Origin: Lophium mytilinum
Lineage: Eukaryota
Direction of reading: 5' to 3'
Length of the DNA: 64,000 nucleotides
NCBI GenBank assembly: GCA_010093605.1
Contig: MU004190.1
Location: 1,633,599-1,697,598 of the forward strand
Both the position numbers and the translations under genes were made by a program. Under the pieces are notes generated by a model. The model did not search any database. It saw only the letters and a program-made list of their open reading frames with translations, and was not told the DNA's origin. How positions within the stretch are numbered: the stretch's first letter is position 1; the number at the start of each line of letters is the position of its first letter. Of the stretch, positions 49,247 to 64,000 are shown one piece after another.

Positions 49247-49899
49247 CAGGGCTACCCTTTAATCACTGAATTGCCCCGTTAATTAATAGTGATTAAAGGC
49301 TTAGCAGGTATTAATAATTAATTAAGTCTTTAAAAAAGTTTTAATTACTTAATATAAAGAGGCCTAATTAATTACTAATTAATATCTATTAAAGTTAGAT
49401 TTAGTATTTAGATTTAGTATTATAGTCTAGCTTAAAAGTCTATAATTCTAGGCCTTTTATTAGTCTATCTATATTATAAGCTAACTAACTAGCCTATAAC
49501 TATATACTTACTATACTTTATATACTTACTATAATCTATATACTTACTATAATCTATATACTCTCTATTTTCTATAGCCTTTCTATTTTACTTAGCTATA
49601 TAATTAGTAAAATATAGAGTTTTTATAATAGCTTTTAATATAATAGTACTACTACTACTATTCTTATTACTATTACTATTACCTCTATATTTATTACTAC
49701 TATTTTTATTATTATTATATCTTCTACTATATATAGTTATTATACTTAATATTTTTAGTACTATAATATATACCGCGCTAATTCTCTAGCTTTTTCTCTA
49801 GCTACTACTACTACTAATAAATATAATATTCTACTCTATTCTAACTACCCTTCTATAGAGGTACTAAGAAAATATAATATAATTAAGCTTATAGTATCT

Positions 49900-51400
49900 T
49901 AGAAATATAACCTAAGAAGAGCCTCTAGGCTCTACTTAAGGCCCTTTAGATAATTATATATAGTCTTAAAGCCCTATAAGTAGTACTAGTAGTATTATAG
50001 TAGATTAATATATTATAACCTCTAATATACTACTTCTCTAGAACTAATAATAATACTAATACTACTAATAATAACTCTAATACTATCTAAAGCCCTCTTA
50101 GAATGCCTACTAAGGTATTTAAAATACTTTTTATAAAGCTTAGTATATATAGGCCTACCTATAGAGTAAGCTATCTACTCTAATAAAAATAGACTAATTC
50201 TACTAGTTTATCTAGGGGTTTATTAGACGCGTTATTAATAACCTATTAAGTATATTAGCTAAGCTATACTAGAAACTATAGATATAATTAATAAGAAAGA
50301 TAAAAAATATAAAGAAAGAGATAATAAAAGAGGTATATATATTATTATTATAAAAAAAAATATACGCTATAGTAGTAGTAGCTATTAGAATAGAACTAGA
50401 GGCTATAGGCTATAGTAAGACTAAGTAGGCCTATAGTAAAACTATAGAAAATAGGTTATATATAATATAGCCTTTAGAGGTTTATAAGATTACTATCTAT
50501 ATTAAAAATAATAATAAGTAAGCTACTACTAGAAAAGATACTAATATAACTATTATATAAAAGCTCTAGGCTATAGAACCTTTAAATATATCTAGAATAT
50601 ATAGTATTAGAAAGCTCTAGAGTAGAGATATAAAGGCGTATATAGCTAATAAAACTATAAAAGTATTTTTACTAAAGAAGAAGAAATAGATAATAGTACT
50701 AGGTAAGTTAGTATATATATAATAGCCTATAGTACTTATAGAAGTATATAGAGTATCTAAAAATATAAATATAAGTAGCTTAGAATTTAGAAATACTATT
50801 ATTAAGGATAGTGCGCTAACTAACCCTAGCCTTATAATTAAAAAAATTATATAGAAGAATAATAAGAGTCTTAAAGTAGCTAGAAATAATCTAAACTACT
50901 ATACTAGCTTTATTATTATTAGTATCTATATAGAGCTAATAGTAAATATAGCTATTAAATAAGAACTTACTATAGATAGACGCCTACTTATAGCCTTCTA
51001 GTATAAGGTAGAATTTATAGCTATATAGTACTTTAAGTACTAAGAATATAGATATATAGCTAGGTACTATAAGAAGAATATATAGTGCGCGCTATATATA
51101 GAAGAATATAATACCTAATAGTATAAAGTAATAAAACTAAAAAAGTATATAAACTATAAGAGAAACTACCTAGTATATAGTATAGAATATAGTATATAAA
51201 AAGGGGCCTAGCTATATACCTTAATAAAGAGATAGACTATACTAACTTACTATAATACTAGAGAAATAAGCTAGAATAAATACTAGGCTTAACTAGAAGA
51301 ATATATAACCTAGCTATTATAAAGTAAAAAGAAAAAGATAAAAGATAATATACTATATAGTAGTAGTATAGAACCTAGCTCTATACTAGAAGTACTTAAA
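49900..51400 (+). mobile_element. RIP-degraded gag-like ORF with CCHC zinc knuckles (LINE/Tad1-like ORF1 or related)
   Basis: Reverting RIP changes at ~51025-51190 gives QCFKCQ.YGHIA..C, C..C...H and C.NC...H....C spacing. Confidence 0.5.
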
Positions 51401-52031
51401 AAAGTAGTAGAAAGACCTTTATTAAATACCTAGATTAATATAGACCTAAAATAGCCCTCTATTAATAGTATACTATATACTATCTATAGTTTTTTATAGC
51501 CTTTTTATTTAATATAGCCTTTTATATAGACCTTAATTTAGTTCTTCTATTTTATAGATTAGTCTATCTATTCTATAGCTTAGCTTTTACCGCCCTTACT
51601 ATTTATATAGGCTACTTAAACTATAGTATATAGAGATATTAATAGACTATTATAGTTTATATAGTAGGGCCTTATATAGGTACCCTTCTTCTAGAAGAAT
51701 AATATTAACTACTAGCTATATAAGAAAGTAAAATAGGCTAGTATAGATATAAATATAGATTTTATAGACCTTAATTAATAATAGAATAACCTAATAAACT
51801 TACTATTATATAGTATAATATTAATAAAAGCTATAATACTTAGAAGAAGTTTCTTAAAAAGGTAGAGATTATCTAGCTCTAGCTACTAGTACTAGCTATA
51901 TAAAAACTATAGAAAAATATCTAAAAGTATACTATACTATATATAAAATTATATTATCTACTATATAGAGAAAGCCTAAATACTAAAATATATATATATA
52001 TATTAATAAGTGCCTAGACTTAGGCTAGTAG

Positions 52032-55000
52032 TATTAGGGCTTAAAGATATATAGAGAAATAGGCTTATATTTAAGAGTAATAAGAATATAAAGTTAAGAA
52101 AAAAAGAATAGAGATATAGAGGTATAGAGGTATAGATATAGATAGCTTAGCCTAGGCCTATATATCTCTATAGTATAGCTTATATAATAGTATACTTAAA
52201 TATATAGCTATAATATATCTTTCCTCTCTAAAGAAGCCCCCCTCTCTTTTCTTCTAGCTAGGTATCTAGCTATAATAAACTATAATAATATATAAACTAG
52301 AGAGTCCTCCCTTTTATCTATATAGGCCTAGTAGCTATAGTATTATTATACTAGATAAAATAGGCGAGTTAAATATATTTAAATTAATATTAAGTAGTAA
52401 GGCTTATAGCTTATAGCTTATAGCTAGGGCTAAATTAATAATTAGCGTTACCTCTAATATATAGCTAAACTATATACTAATTTTCTTTCTAGGCCTAGCA
52501 TAATAAACCGGCTATAATAGAGCTAGATAGAGCTATATAGTATACTATATTTTCTTCTATTATTATAATTATAGTAAGAATTATAGCTAATATAGTATTA
52601 TATGCGCAGGCGTAGGCGTAGTTATAGGTATAGTATAGGCGTAGGTATAGATATAGATATAGATAGATATATAGAAATTAAATAAGAATTATTAAAAGGC
52701 TTAAGCTATAGATAGATATAGCCTATAGCACGGCTATAGCTTTAAAAATAGTAGCTAGTATTACGTTATTTCTTAGTATTCTCTTAGTAGTTATTAAGGT
52801 TAGGGGTTATTATATACACGGACGTTATGTAATCTCTAGGCTAAGGGTTCTTCCGGCGCCCGGGGTTCTACCGGCGCCTAGGGTTCTACCGGCGTATACT
52901 TAACTATATAGTAGGCTTATAGCTAGAGCCTCTTTTCTCTCTATATAACCTTATTAATAGAAATATAACTCTTTTCTTAGCTATAAATCTAATACTAGGT
53001 TGCGTTATTCTTTAAAACCTAAAAATATAGAAACCTTAATTTCTTTTTATATAGCTATACGCTATATACACGCGTACCTATATAGGTGCTACTAGCTTTA
53101 AGATTTAGCTATATAATTATTTAATTACTAACCGCGAAACTAACACGATTTTTTTTCTTACTTACTTACTTACTTACTTTAATACTCTCTTCTTATTTCC
53201 TACACCTATATAAAGCCTAGGCCTTATTATAAATAGCTAGGTATAACTAATTAAGATAATACGCCCGGCGGGTAACTCTAATACTCTAATATTCTAATAG
53301 GTAAGAAGGGGGTTAGTTACTAGGCCTTTATTAATATATAGAATAATATATAGAATAATATATAGAAATATGCGCAGGGTAATATCTTTAAGAAAAATAA
53401 AGAGGCGGGCGCACTACTAGTAAATCTTATGCGCTCCGCCTTATATATAAAGAATTAGTAGAACCATCTTACTAAGTAATATAAGCGCGTTAGCGAGCTC
53501 CTTAACACGGCCGTTGCTAAAGCTCTTAATACCTAGAACTTCTATACTATTAGGCTGGATTTCTAGAATATAGAAAGCCCTATTACTTTTAACCTCCTTC
53601 TAGATTTATATAATATTAAGAACCTAACTATAAAACTAGAAGGTACTATATTTAAAAGCTTATTTAAATTCTATTAATAGGTAAATTCTAAACTAGTTAA
53701 AGCCTTTAAACTACTACGCGCTCTAGTTAAGAGCACTAATATCTATATTAATAACTACAGCGCCGGCCTAGAGAAATAGAAAGAGATATCTACTAAACTC
53801 TATAATAAGTTTAATAATATAAATAAGATTATCCGGGACTTAAAGATCTAGCTTAATAACTCTAAGCTTAATCTCTAGGCTACCTAGGCTTATATATATA
53901 ACCTCTAGTAATAATAGTTAAAGCCTGCTAAAATAACGTCTAAAGGGCCCGTTTATTTTAATAATAATAAGCGGCGCGATAATAATATTAACTATTAGCG
54001 GATAAACGGCGGGACTAGAGAATAACTATAAGGTAGAACTAATAACTATAGTTATAATAGCTATAATAACTACGTAGAGCCTAAATATACTTCTTCTACT
54101 CTAAATGTAAATATTTATAGCGGCGGTAGTAACTAAGCCTACTACTCCGCTTCTCTATATAATAAGCGTTTAGATAACTAATATTATAATAATAGCTACT
54201 ATAATAGCTATACTCTACTATATACTTAGCTACTATTATTAATATTCTACTAGCGTAATTACTGCTAGCCGGACCCAGCTATATTTAATGGAGAGGACCT
54301 AGACGCATATCTAATCTAGCGCAGTAAGGTTCTTACTAAGATTTGCTATACCTTTTCTAATAAGACAGATAACTATAAGCTTAATTATATTAAGAGCGTT
54401 CTTTTAGGCGGACCCTTTAAGTATATTTAGGTACACCGCCGCAATTAGATTATCTATAATAATATTAACGCCCTCTATTCTTTAGATAATAGATATAGTA
54501 AATATAATATTAAGGCTAAGGCGCTAATATAGCTAGAAATACTCTATATAGGTAATAATCTATTTACTATATTCTATAACTATTTCTTAGATATTACTAG
54601 TAACCTTAACCGGGGGCCCGCCGAGCTTATCTATTAATTTAAGACACGCCTTACACTATATCTATAATCTAAGCTTATTAATAGAGTAATATATAATTAC
54701 TTTAATAACTTTATATAATATATCTACACTATAGATATATAGAATATAGCTTTCTAATAAGCTAAGAAATATAATACTCTTATCTTTTAGCCCTATTAGG
54801 CTACAGCGTTAACTATAACTACTTAATTAACTTATAGCTGTAGCCGCGGCTATAGCGGCTACTTATCTACGCCTACTATACTAGCTATAGGCGCTAATAT
54901 AGTAACTATAACTATAATAACTTCTTTAAGTACTCTACACGCCCCTACTATTATAGCTGCGGCTAGTATAGAATAACGCCTGCGCGCTATAAATCTAGTA

Positions 55001-58000
55001 GATAAACTAGCGTATATCTAGAGTATTAGTAAGCTTACTAAAGCTAATAAAGAGAGAATGCGCGCAGCGGGTGCATATAACTATTACCGCTATATTAGTT
55101 ATTATACTATTAATAATAACTACCCTCTTTAAAACTTCTCTATCTAGATAACTAGCGGCCTTTCTCTCCGCGCTACTAATACTATATTTTCCAGCTAGGA
55201 AAATAAGTAGTTCTTAAGTATAGTTGCGCCTAAGGACCTATTATAATTAATTATAAACTAAAATATACTCTATTATTAACCCCGTTATCTACCCCCTATT
55301 TTATACTAACTTTCTCTAAGTATAGTAACTCTATTTCTACTAATAACCTTCTAGAACTATAAAGAAAGGCCCGGAAACTATATAAAAGCTATTATAGGGG
55401 CACTAAATATAGAATACCTAAAAAGCACTAGATAAGAAAGGTAGTAGAACCCCTACCTTAGTTTAACACCCTCTTCTAGCTATAGGAGGTGCTAGAGTAT
55501 ATTAAGAATAATAAGAACTAGCTAGAACTTTATATTTCTATAATAGCTATTATATATACTTAGTATAATATTATAAAGCTCTAGCTAAAGAAAGGTAGTT
55601 AGTACTTACTTTCTTATTCTATAGCCTTAGATAGTAATTAAATTATTTATACTTACTCTCTCTCTAATAATAGTATAATATCTTCTTTTATTAATTAATT
55701 ATTTACACGCAAATATAAAATTTATTAAATTCCTCTTAATTTACCTTAATATCTTACCTATATTAATAACTTTAACTCCTCTTAGTCTATTATACACGCC
55801 GTAATTATTAATATTACTATAGGCTTATATATAGAGTAGCTAGTCTACTATATTACTAACCTAGAATATATTCCTCTAGTCCTTAGTATAGATTAGTATA
55901 AAACTTATAATCTAGAAATTAACTTTATTAAGAAGAGCTTCTACTTCTACTAATTATAATGCTGTAATCTACACTACTATTATAATAGTATACTAGCTAA
56001 GATCTACTATAAGGGAGCCCCTTTATATACTGCTAGGCCTAATAAGCTTTAGTCTACGTTCTTATTTATAATATCTATTAGTTTAATAGAATACTATATT
56101 TAACGCGCTAAGCCTAAGAACCTTATCTAGATCTATAGACCGGAATTTATACCTAAACTAGATAACGCCTTATTTAATACGCCCGCAATCGGGCACGTTA
56201 TTAGCGTCCCGGAGGATAATAGTATGCTTAAACTCTACGCCCTCTCTATTAATAAATATAATAAGTTTATAAAGAAGTATAGAATATATTTATCTAATAA
56301 GCTATAGAAGTAATTAGATAAATAGTTCTACCCTTAGATTAATATATAGTTATAATAGGAAGTAGAAAATCTACCCCTATACTAGAACTATAACTACGCT
56401 ATCCTCTTATAGCTAGACGCCCCACTACCTAAATATAAAACCTAAGCCGTCTTAAAGAAAAAAAACTGTATTATCTATAATAAGCTCTAGAAGCTACTTA
56501 GTAATAGGTTTATTAAGAATAGTAATTCTTCTACGCACGCGCCTATACTTCTAGTTAAGAAACTAGATAGAACTTACTAGTTCTATATTAACTACCGCGG
56601 CCTTAACACTATTACTATAAAGAATTAATACCTAATTCCTATTATCTAGAAGATGCTTAACTGTCTCTATAAGGCTAAATAGTATACTAAACTAGATATT
56701 ATCTCTACTTTTAATTGCGTCTGTATTAAACCTAGTAATAAATAGAAAATAGCTTTTATTATATATTATAGAATATTCTAATCTAAAGTCTTAGGATTTA
56801 GTATATATAATGGGCCCGGCACCTTCTAAATATTTATTAATAATATCCTCTATAAGTACTTAGATAACTTCTACTTAGTCTATATAGATAATATATTAGT
56901 ATTTATAGATAGAACTAAAGAGAAGTATATTATATATATATAGAAAGTTCTAGATTAACTATATAGAGCTAGCCTATATCTTAATATTAATAAATATAAA
57001 TTTCTTATTAAGCGTATTAAATACCTTAGGCTTATTATTACTACTAACGGCGTTAAGATAGACTTAGAGAAAGTTAAAGCTATTACTAAATAGGCTACTT
57101 CTACCTGCCTTAAAGACGTCTAGGCCTTTCTAGGCCTAGCTAACTTCTATAGATAGTTTATATAAGGCTTCTCGCGGCTATATAAGCCGCTTACTAACCT
57201 CTCTAGAAAAGAAATAAATAGATGTATCTATTTTAAATAGATAATAAGCTACTAAAAGGCCTTTAATAACCTTAAAATAGTGTTTACTACTATACCTTAT
57301 CTTAAATACTTTAATCCTAATTAGAAATTATATATTAAAATAGACGCGTTAGATTATATAGCTATAGGTATCTTTTTCTAGCTATATAATAATAGAATAT
57401 AGTACCCGGTTACTTTCTACTCTTATAAGATAATACTAGCGGAGTGCAACTATAAAATCTATAATAAAGAGTTGCTTGCTGTTATTCTTACTTTTAAGAA
57501 ATAGAAACTATAGTGCTAGAGAAATAAATACTAGAACCCTATCTAAGTACTAATAGATTACTAGAATCTACTATACTTTATAACTATGTAATAACTTAAC
57601 TAGTAATAGATGCGCTAGCTCTAGATTCTCTTAGAAATTAATTACGTTTTAATATACCGGCCGGGCTATTTAGAAACTAAACTAGATAGTTTTATGCGCT
57701 GCAGCTAGAACCTTTTATAGTTTAATAATAATAAATAATTCCTATTCTAATAATAAACCGTAATTAAAACTAAAAATCTAGTAAATAAAGTTCTTTATAA
57801 TCTTTACCTATATACTATAGGCGTTATAGATATAAATAGACTACTATATAAGCTTATCTAGAAGGTCTATAAGGCTAATAAGCTAGTATTTAAAAATAGC
57901 TTAGGAATAGATAATATATTAGATACCGGCCTTATATATAGAATTATAGCCCTAAAGTAACGCGGCGATTATAAGCTACCCCGCAATATTCTTAAGAATA

Positions 58001-60860
58001 AGCGTGTCTAGCTATCTATAAGCAAGCTAGAAGTAGTAGATAATAAGCTATAGGTCCTCTATAAAGACTCTAGATAACTATTTATACCTTAATTAGCTAC
58101 TCTATAGCTAAAAATCTTATAGCTAGGTTATAACTATACTAGCGTAGAATATAGAGGCTATATAGATTACCTATAATAAATTTGCCCTAGCTACTACTAG
58201 CCTAGGTTTACTAAATTAATTACTAAATATATTAACGCCTGCCAGCGTTACTATAATATTAAGCCTTCTAACTTTACTAAGTAAGGCTTTTTATGCCCTT
58301 TACCTATTCCTCTCTATTACTAGCGCGATATTATAATAGACTATATTATTAACTTACCTATCTATAAGCGTTACGGCTATAAATATTACTATATACTAGT
58401 TATAATTAATAGATTATCTAAAGAACGCTATTTTCTTACTATTACCTTACTAGAAGTAAATAAGCTAGCTAAAGTCTATTTCTAATAGATCTACTAACTC
58501 TATAGACTACTAGCGTCTATTACTAGTAATCTAGAAATATAGTTTACCTCTAAGTTCTAGTAACACCTCTACTATTAGTTATAATTAATACTAAATACAT
58601 CTACAGCTTTCTACCTAGAGACTAATAGATAAATAGAAATTACTAACGCTAATATAAAGAAGTATCTATAAGCCTATATTAACTATATATAGAATAATTA
58701 GTATAACTTATTACTCTTAGTAGAACTAGTAGCTAATACTTACGTCTTAGCTATAATAGGACTATTACTATTCTTTACTAATTATAGATATAATCTATAC
58801 TTAGAACTAGAGCTACCTATAGTTAAAGATAAGAAGATATCTAAAAATAAGAAAATTAAGCGCAAGCTAGCTAATAATATAGCCTAACGCCTAAAGAATA
58901 TTAAGGTCTATCTATAGAACTATATTATTTAGGCCTAAGAAGAATAGGCTTACTAAGCTAACTGCTACTAAAATGCAGCGGCTAATATACGCGTTAATAA
59001 TATAGTCTAGCTTAATACTAAGAATATTAAGCTAGACTATACTAAGAAGGCCCTTAATAATAAGTTTATAGGCCCCTTCCGCGTAAATAAAGTTATTAAT
59101 TAGAGCGCGGCTTTCTATCTAGACCTGCTATCTAATACTAAGATTTATAATATTTTCTATTCTTTATTACTATAGCTAGACACCTCTAAGCCTATTAAAG
59201 GCTAGAATTGCCCGGAACCTATACTACTACTAGAGCTAATCTAATAAGAGAATAATAATAAGCTAGTAGAAGAGTTTATAGTTACCTAAATTATTAACTT
59301 ATATATTAAAGGTAATAATATCTAATATAAAGTTTACTATATTAGTAGTATATAACTATATAGGTTCTAGTAACTATTTAGAAACCTTAAAGGCTGCCTC
59401 TATAAGGTTTTTAACTTCTATTACTATAGCCTATAGAAGGCTAAACCGCCCGCTTACTTTATTAAACTAAAGAACTAGACTCTACCTATATAGTAGAACC
59501 TCTAGAATATTACTATATTATTATAATAGTCTAGTATAACCTAAGATCCTGCGCCGCCGTTAGATAGTAGAATTAATTTAACTAAGAATACCTACCTATA
59601 TAGTTTTATTAGCACGCTCTATCTATATATAGAGCTACGCCTATATTAGCTATCTAATATATAAGTTTAATAGTAAGTCTTTCTATAGTTTTTATAGAAG
59701 CTTAGTTTTTAAAAGGGGGGGTATATATTATATTATTTCTTAGTATTCTCTTAGTAGTTATTAAGGTTAGGGGTTATTATATATATAGACGTTACGTAAT
59801 CTCTAGGCTAAGAGTTCTTCCGGCGCCCGGGGTTCTGCCGGCGCCTGGGGTTCTACCGGCGTACACTTAACTACGTAGTAGGCTTATAGCCGGAGCCTCT
59901 CTCCTCTCTATGCAACCTTATTAATAGAAATACAACCCTTTTCTTAGCTATAAACCTAATAGCTAGCTAGCTTATATATAGACTATTAATATTTAAATTT
60001 ATAGAAATTAATATAGGGTGTTTAAATAAGTAATAGGCTAGTTATAAGAGGTTAGTTTTTAGGTATAAAAGCTATAGCTTCTTTAATAGTAGGCCGATAG
60101 GTATATCTATTAAGAGAATTTATAAGAATTATAAGGAATTTAATATTATAGATAATAAGGGGCCTACTAGTAAGGCTAGTAATATAGGCGTAGTTATAAG
60201 ATAATAACTTTTTATATTATCTTTTCTTAAGGCTTAATTTCTATTTATTTACTATAATAAGCTATATATATATAGTATTTCTTCTAGTCTACTTTTAAGC
60301 TTTTATAGTTTTTTTTCTTTTTATATACTTCTTATCTATAGGCCTAGGTAGTATCTATATTAGGGGCTTAGTAGTATAAGTAGGCTAATAGTATTCTAGT
60401 CTTAATAGAACTTATTATAAGAGCGCGCTCTATTATAGTCTACTTTATATATAAAGTCTTTACCTATAGGTAGTTAAAAGGGGGGGTGCTCTATAGAGTA
60501 TAGAATAATAGAGGCGCTAAAGCTAGATAGACTTAGTTAGTTATTTATTATAAGAGGTATTATAGTAGTAGATAATTAAAAGGGTAATTATACTACTATA
60601 GACGCCGGCGCGCCGCGCGTACTAGAAAATTAAGGTAAGGCCTATTTACTTCTAGCCTCTAGAAGAAGCTTTATATTATATTAGAGCTTAAATATATATA
60701 GAGAAATAGGCTTATATTTAAGAGTAATAAGAATATAAAGCTAAGAAAAAGAGAATAGAGGTATAGAGGTATAGAGATATAGATATAAATAGCTTAGCCT
60801 AGGCCTATATATCTCTATAGTATAGCTTATATAATAGCGTGCTTAAATATATAGCTATAA
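52032..60860. mobile_element. Small non-autonomous element with 182-bp terminal direct repeats (TRIM-like), interrupted by the Gypsy element
   Basis: Direct repeats 52032-52213 and 60679-60860, flanked by AGTAG on both sides (52027-52031, 60861-60865); ~1.6 kb once the Gypsy is removed. Confidence 0.7.
52759..59961 (+). mobile_element. Full-length Ty3/Gypsy (chromovirus-like) LTR retrotransposon, RIP-inactivated
   Basis: 236-bp LTRs 52759-52994 and 59726-59961; 5-bp TSD GCTAG; polypurine tract 59711-59721; RIP-eroded RT Y.DDIL (~56881), RNase H TDASDY (~57340), integrase GPF (~59070) in RT-RH-IN order; probable chromodomain after. Confidence 0.92.
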
Positions 60861-63800
60861 AGTAGACTATTAAGTACTACTTTCTAAATCTTATTACTTT
60901 CTCTCTCTAGGCTAGAGAAGAGAATATTTAAATTTATAATATCTATAATTTAAAGCTATATAGAATTATAGCTATACTACTCTCTATACTATATAAAAAA
61001 GTAGAGTATATACTTATAGGTAATATAAATCTATACTATCTATTCTAGAGAGAAATATAGATAGTTAGTATAGAAGAATAGATAGAGAAGCTTATTTATA
61101 TTACTATAGAAGCGGGTATAAACCTAGCTATAGAGAAAGGTATAGAAATATAAATAAGAAAAATATTATAGACTATAATTAATCTTATATTTATAACTAG
61201 ATAGCTTATAGAATAAATAATATTCTATATAGTTTAAGAGAAATAAAACTATTACTTAGATTACTACTCTATATATATAGAGTTTAATATTATACTACTA
61301 ATAGTAATTAAATAGCTCTAATACTAACTATAGAAAAATATTATATAGAAGAATATATAGAAGTATCTAGTAGTCTAACTACTTAAGCTAAAAAACTAGA
61401 ATAACCCCCTAAATAATAAAGAAGAAAAAATCCTAGATAACTTTATATATATTTTCTACTAACTTATTAAAATTACTATTAATACTATAGTACTAATAGT
61501 ATAGCCCTTATAGTATATATTACTATTCTAGACTAAAAAGTACTTAGAGAAGGTATATAAGACTAGGTAGATATATAGAATATAGTACTTATTATATTCT
61601 ATAAAGAACTAAATCTTATACTAAGTCTAATATAACTATAAGAAAAAAGCTATAAGAAAGAAGAGTACTAAGGTATAGTACTATATAGTAGAAAAGGTAA
61701 TAAATAACTCTAAAAGAGTATAGAAACTAGCTAAATAGAACTATATAGTTAGAAAGAAATTAAAGCCCCCTATTTAATTTTTTTTTTCTTTTAGTCTAGT
61801 AACTCTACTCTATATATAGATAATAAGATATATATACTAGTAGAATAGTTCTTTCTACTATTAGTAGAAGCTAATCTATCTAATTTAGAAAGGTTTTAAT
61901 ATCTAAAACTATATACTACCTTTATAAAAGTTACTAAGAGAATATACTCTTAGTACTAATAGAAATTATACTAGATAAGGCCTCTAGAATTATAAGAATT
62001 ATAAATAGATTCCTAAAGAATTATAAGATATAACTAGTATCTATATTTATCTACTTTTTTATAAAATGCCTATATAGAGAATACTACCTTTAACTATTTA
62101 AAAAATAAATTATAGTAGTTCTATATAAGCTCTAGAAAGTATTCTATATAATAGTAAAGGCCTATAGATTTATTATACTACTAGAAATAATAGGTAAACT
62201 ATTTAAATATATTATAGCTAAGAGGCTCTTTAAGATAGTAGAGAAAAAGAGAATACTACTATCTAGCTAGATAAAGGTATAGCTAGAGTACTCTATATAA
62301 ATAGTACTTAAGCTTCTTATAAAATAGATCTATACTATATAGAAAGAAAACTTATAGCTTATAGTATTACTTCTTAGTCTAGATATATTAGAGGTATTTA
62401 ACTAAGTATTATATAAATAAATAATATATAACCTATAGATCTAGAGAGTACTAAAATAAATAATAAGGTTTACTAGATTCTTTTTATAAGACTATATAAC
62501 TAGACTTTCTATAGAAAGCTATATAGTAGAACTAATTATAGTTACTATAGATATACTATAGAGCTTTCTTCTATTATTTCTTTTTTTTCTCTTCTTTACT
62601 AGTATACTATTACTAACTCTCTAGAATAGTAATATAATAGCCTATAGATTTATAGATAATATAAATATTCTTATATATAGCTATACTATAGAAATAAACT
62701 ATAAAGCTATTAAGAGAGCCTATAAATAGTATATAAAATAGATAAGAAAGTATAGTATAGTATTTATACTAGATAAGTACTATCTTATATACTTTATAAA
62801 AGCCTATATAGTAGTTAATCTTAAGGCTATAGTAGATATATAAGGCTTTATAAAGGGCCCTATTATAGATTTAAAAGTACTAGAAGTATAGATAGACTTT
62901 AAGCTAAAGTAGAGCCTATATATAAGTATTATAAAAAATAAAGCTATAATCTAGATAGAAGTACTTATATAGCTTATAGTATCTATCTAGAGTACTAGCT
63001 TTAAAAAAGTATACCTAATATACTTAGTAGTAGTCTAGCCTACTATTATATATAGATATACTATCTAGTATACTATACTAGATATACTAGAGTAGCTTAG
63101 TAAGATAAAAATTAAGTAGCTTAAAATAGCCTAGAACTAATACCTTTAAAGAACTTTAGAGGTATATAAGACTATAAGTACTATAGTACTAGAATATAAA
63201 ATATTATATCTACTACTCTAGCTAAAGCTAGAAAAACTTATAGTAGCTTATATAGACTATATATATAAAGGGCTAGTATACTAGTATATTAAAATAGTAT
63301 ATAGTAATATATAAAGGGAAATCTATATCTACTATAGGCTACTTATAAGGCTAAAGTATAGCTCTAGCTACTATAATATACTCTATAATCTTATAGTAAA
63401 GGCTATAAGATTATATACTAGATATAAAGATAAATCTAATAAAGCCTATAAGTACTTAAGATAATTTATAATTAAATATAAATATAAAGAGAGGTAGAAA
63501 AAGGTATAAAAGTTCTTTTATAAAATAAAATAGTATAGGCTACTAATACTAGCCCTTAATACTAAATAGAGTAAATAATAGAAAACTATATATAAAAAGC
63601 TTATAAAGGTTAAAAGTACTATTCTTATAGATCTATAAATAGAGTATATAGGGCTTAATAGATATCTATACTATATATAGATACTAGACTATCTAATACT
63701 AGCCTACCTCTATAGATATAGCCTTTAATTACTATACTATATAGTAATAAACTATAAGAGGTATATAGAAAGTAGAGGTAAACTATTTAAAAAAGTAAAG

Positions 63801-64000
63801 ACTTAAATATATAAGATAATATATAAAAGTAAAAAGAAATCTAAGATAGTAGCTAGATAGTTTCTATAGAAAATAGACCTGCTACTCTACCTCTTAATAG
63901 TAAGAGAGATAGAAAAAGAATAGATTTAGCTCTTCTACTTAATACTATAGCTCTACTATTACCTATAGCCTTACTATAACTAATAGCCTTATTATTACTA

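Larger units (their letters stand above)
49247..64000. mobile_element. RIP-mutated AT-rich block of nested transposon relics
   Basis: Abrupt fall in GC, extreme TpA excess and near absence of CpA/TpG, no ORFs of 60 aa or more. Confidence 0.95.

Noticed and set aside
52795..52850. Telomeric TTAGGG
   Set aside because: Isolated hexamer inside the LTR, not a tandem tract.

Overview
Filamentous ascomycete (Pezizomycotina-type) genomic DNA, judged from short GT-AG introns with CTRAC branch points and a RIP-mutated AT-rich block. Left to right: a GH76 (Dfg5/Dcw1-like) gene running off the left edge, a HET-domain gene, a single-pass membrane protein gene, a ~27 kb gene-poor stretch, an SDR / PDR-type ABC transporter / damaged Zn2Cys6 factor / multi-TM protein group, a broken ankyrin gene, and ~15 kb of RIP-degraded nested transposons, including a full-length Ty3/Gypsy element with 236-bp LTRs and a GCTAG TSD. 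The standout is at ~12.3-23.9 kb: a tandem array of about 23 clear (plus ~4 degenerate) diverged, paralogous 180-320 nt structured units on the + strand. Each has a covarying 5' hairpin, an H-box-like AGA motif, a variable middle, and a 3' hairpin ending in ACA+3 nt. Many sit singly in apparent introns separated by micro-exons of a host transcript with no long ORF. I read this as an expanded family of box H/ACA-like ncRNAs; that is inference from manual alignment and folding, not a database match.
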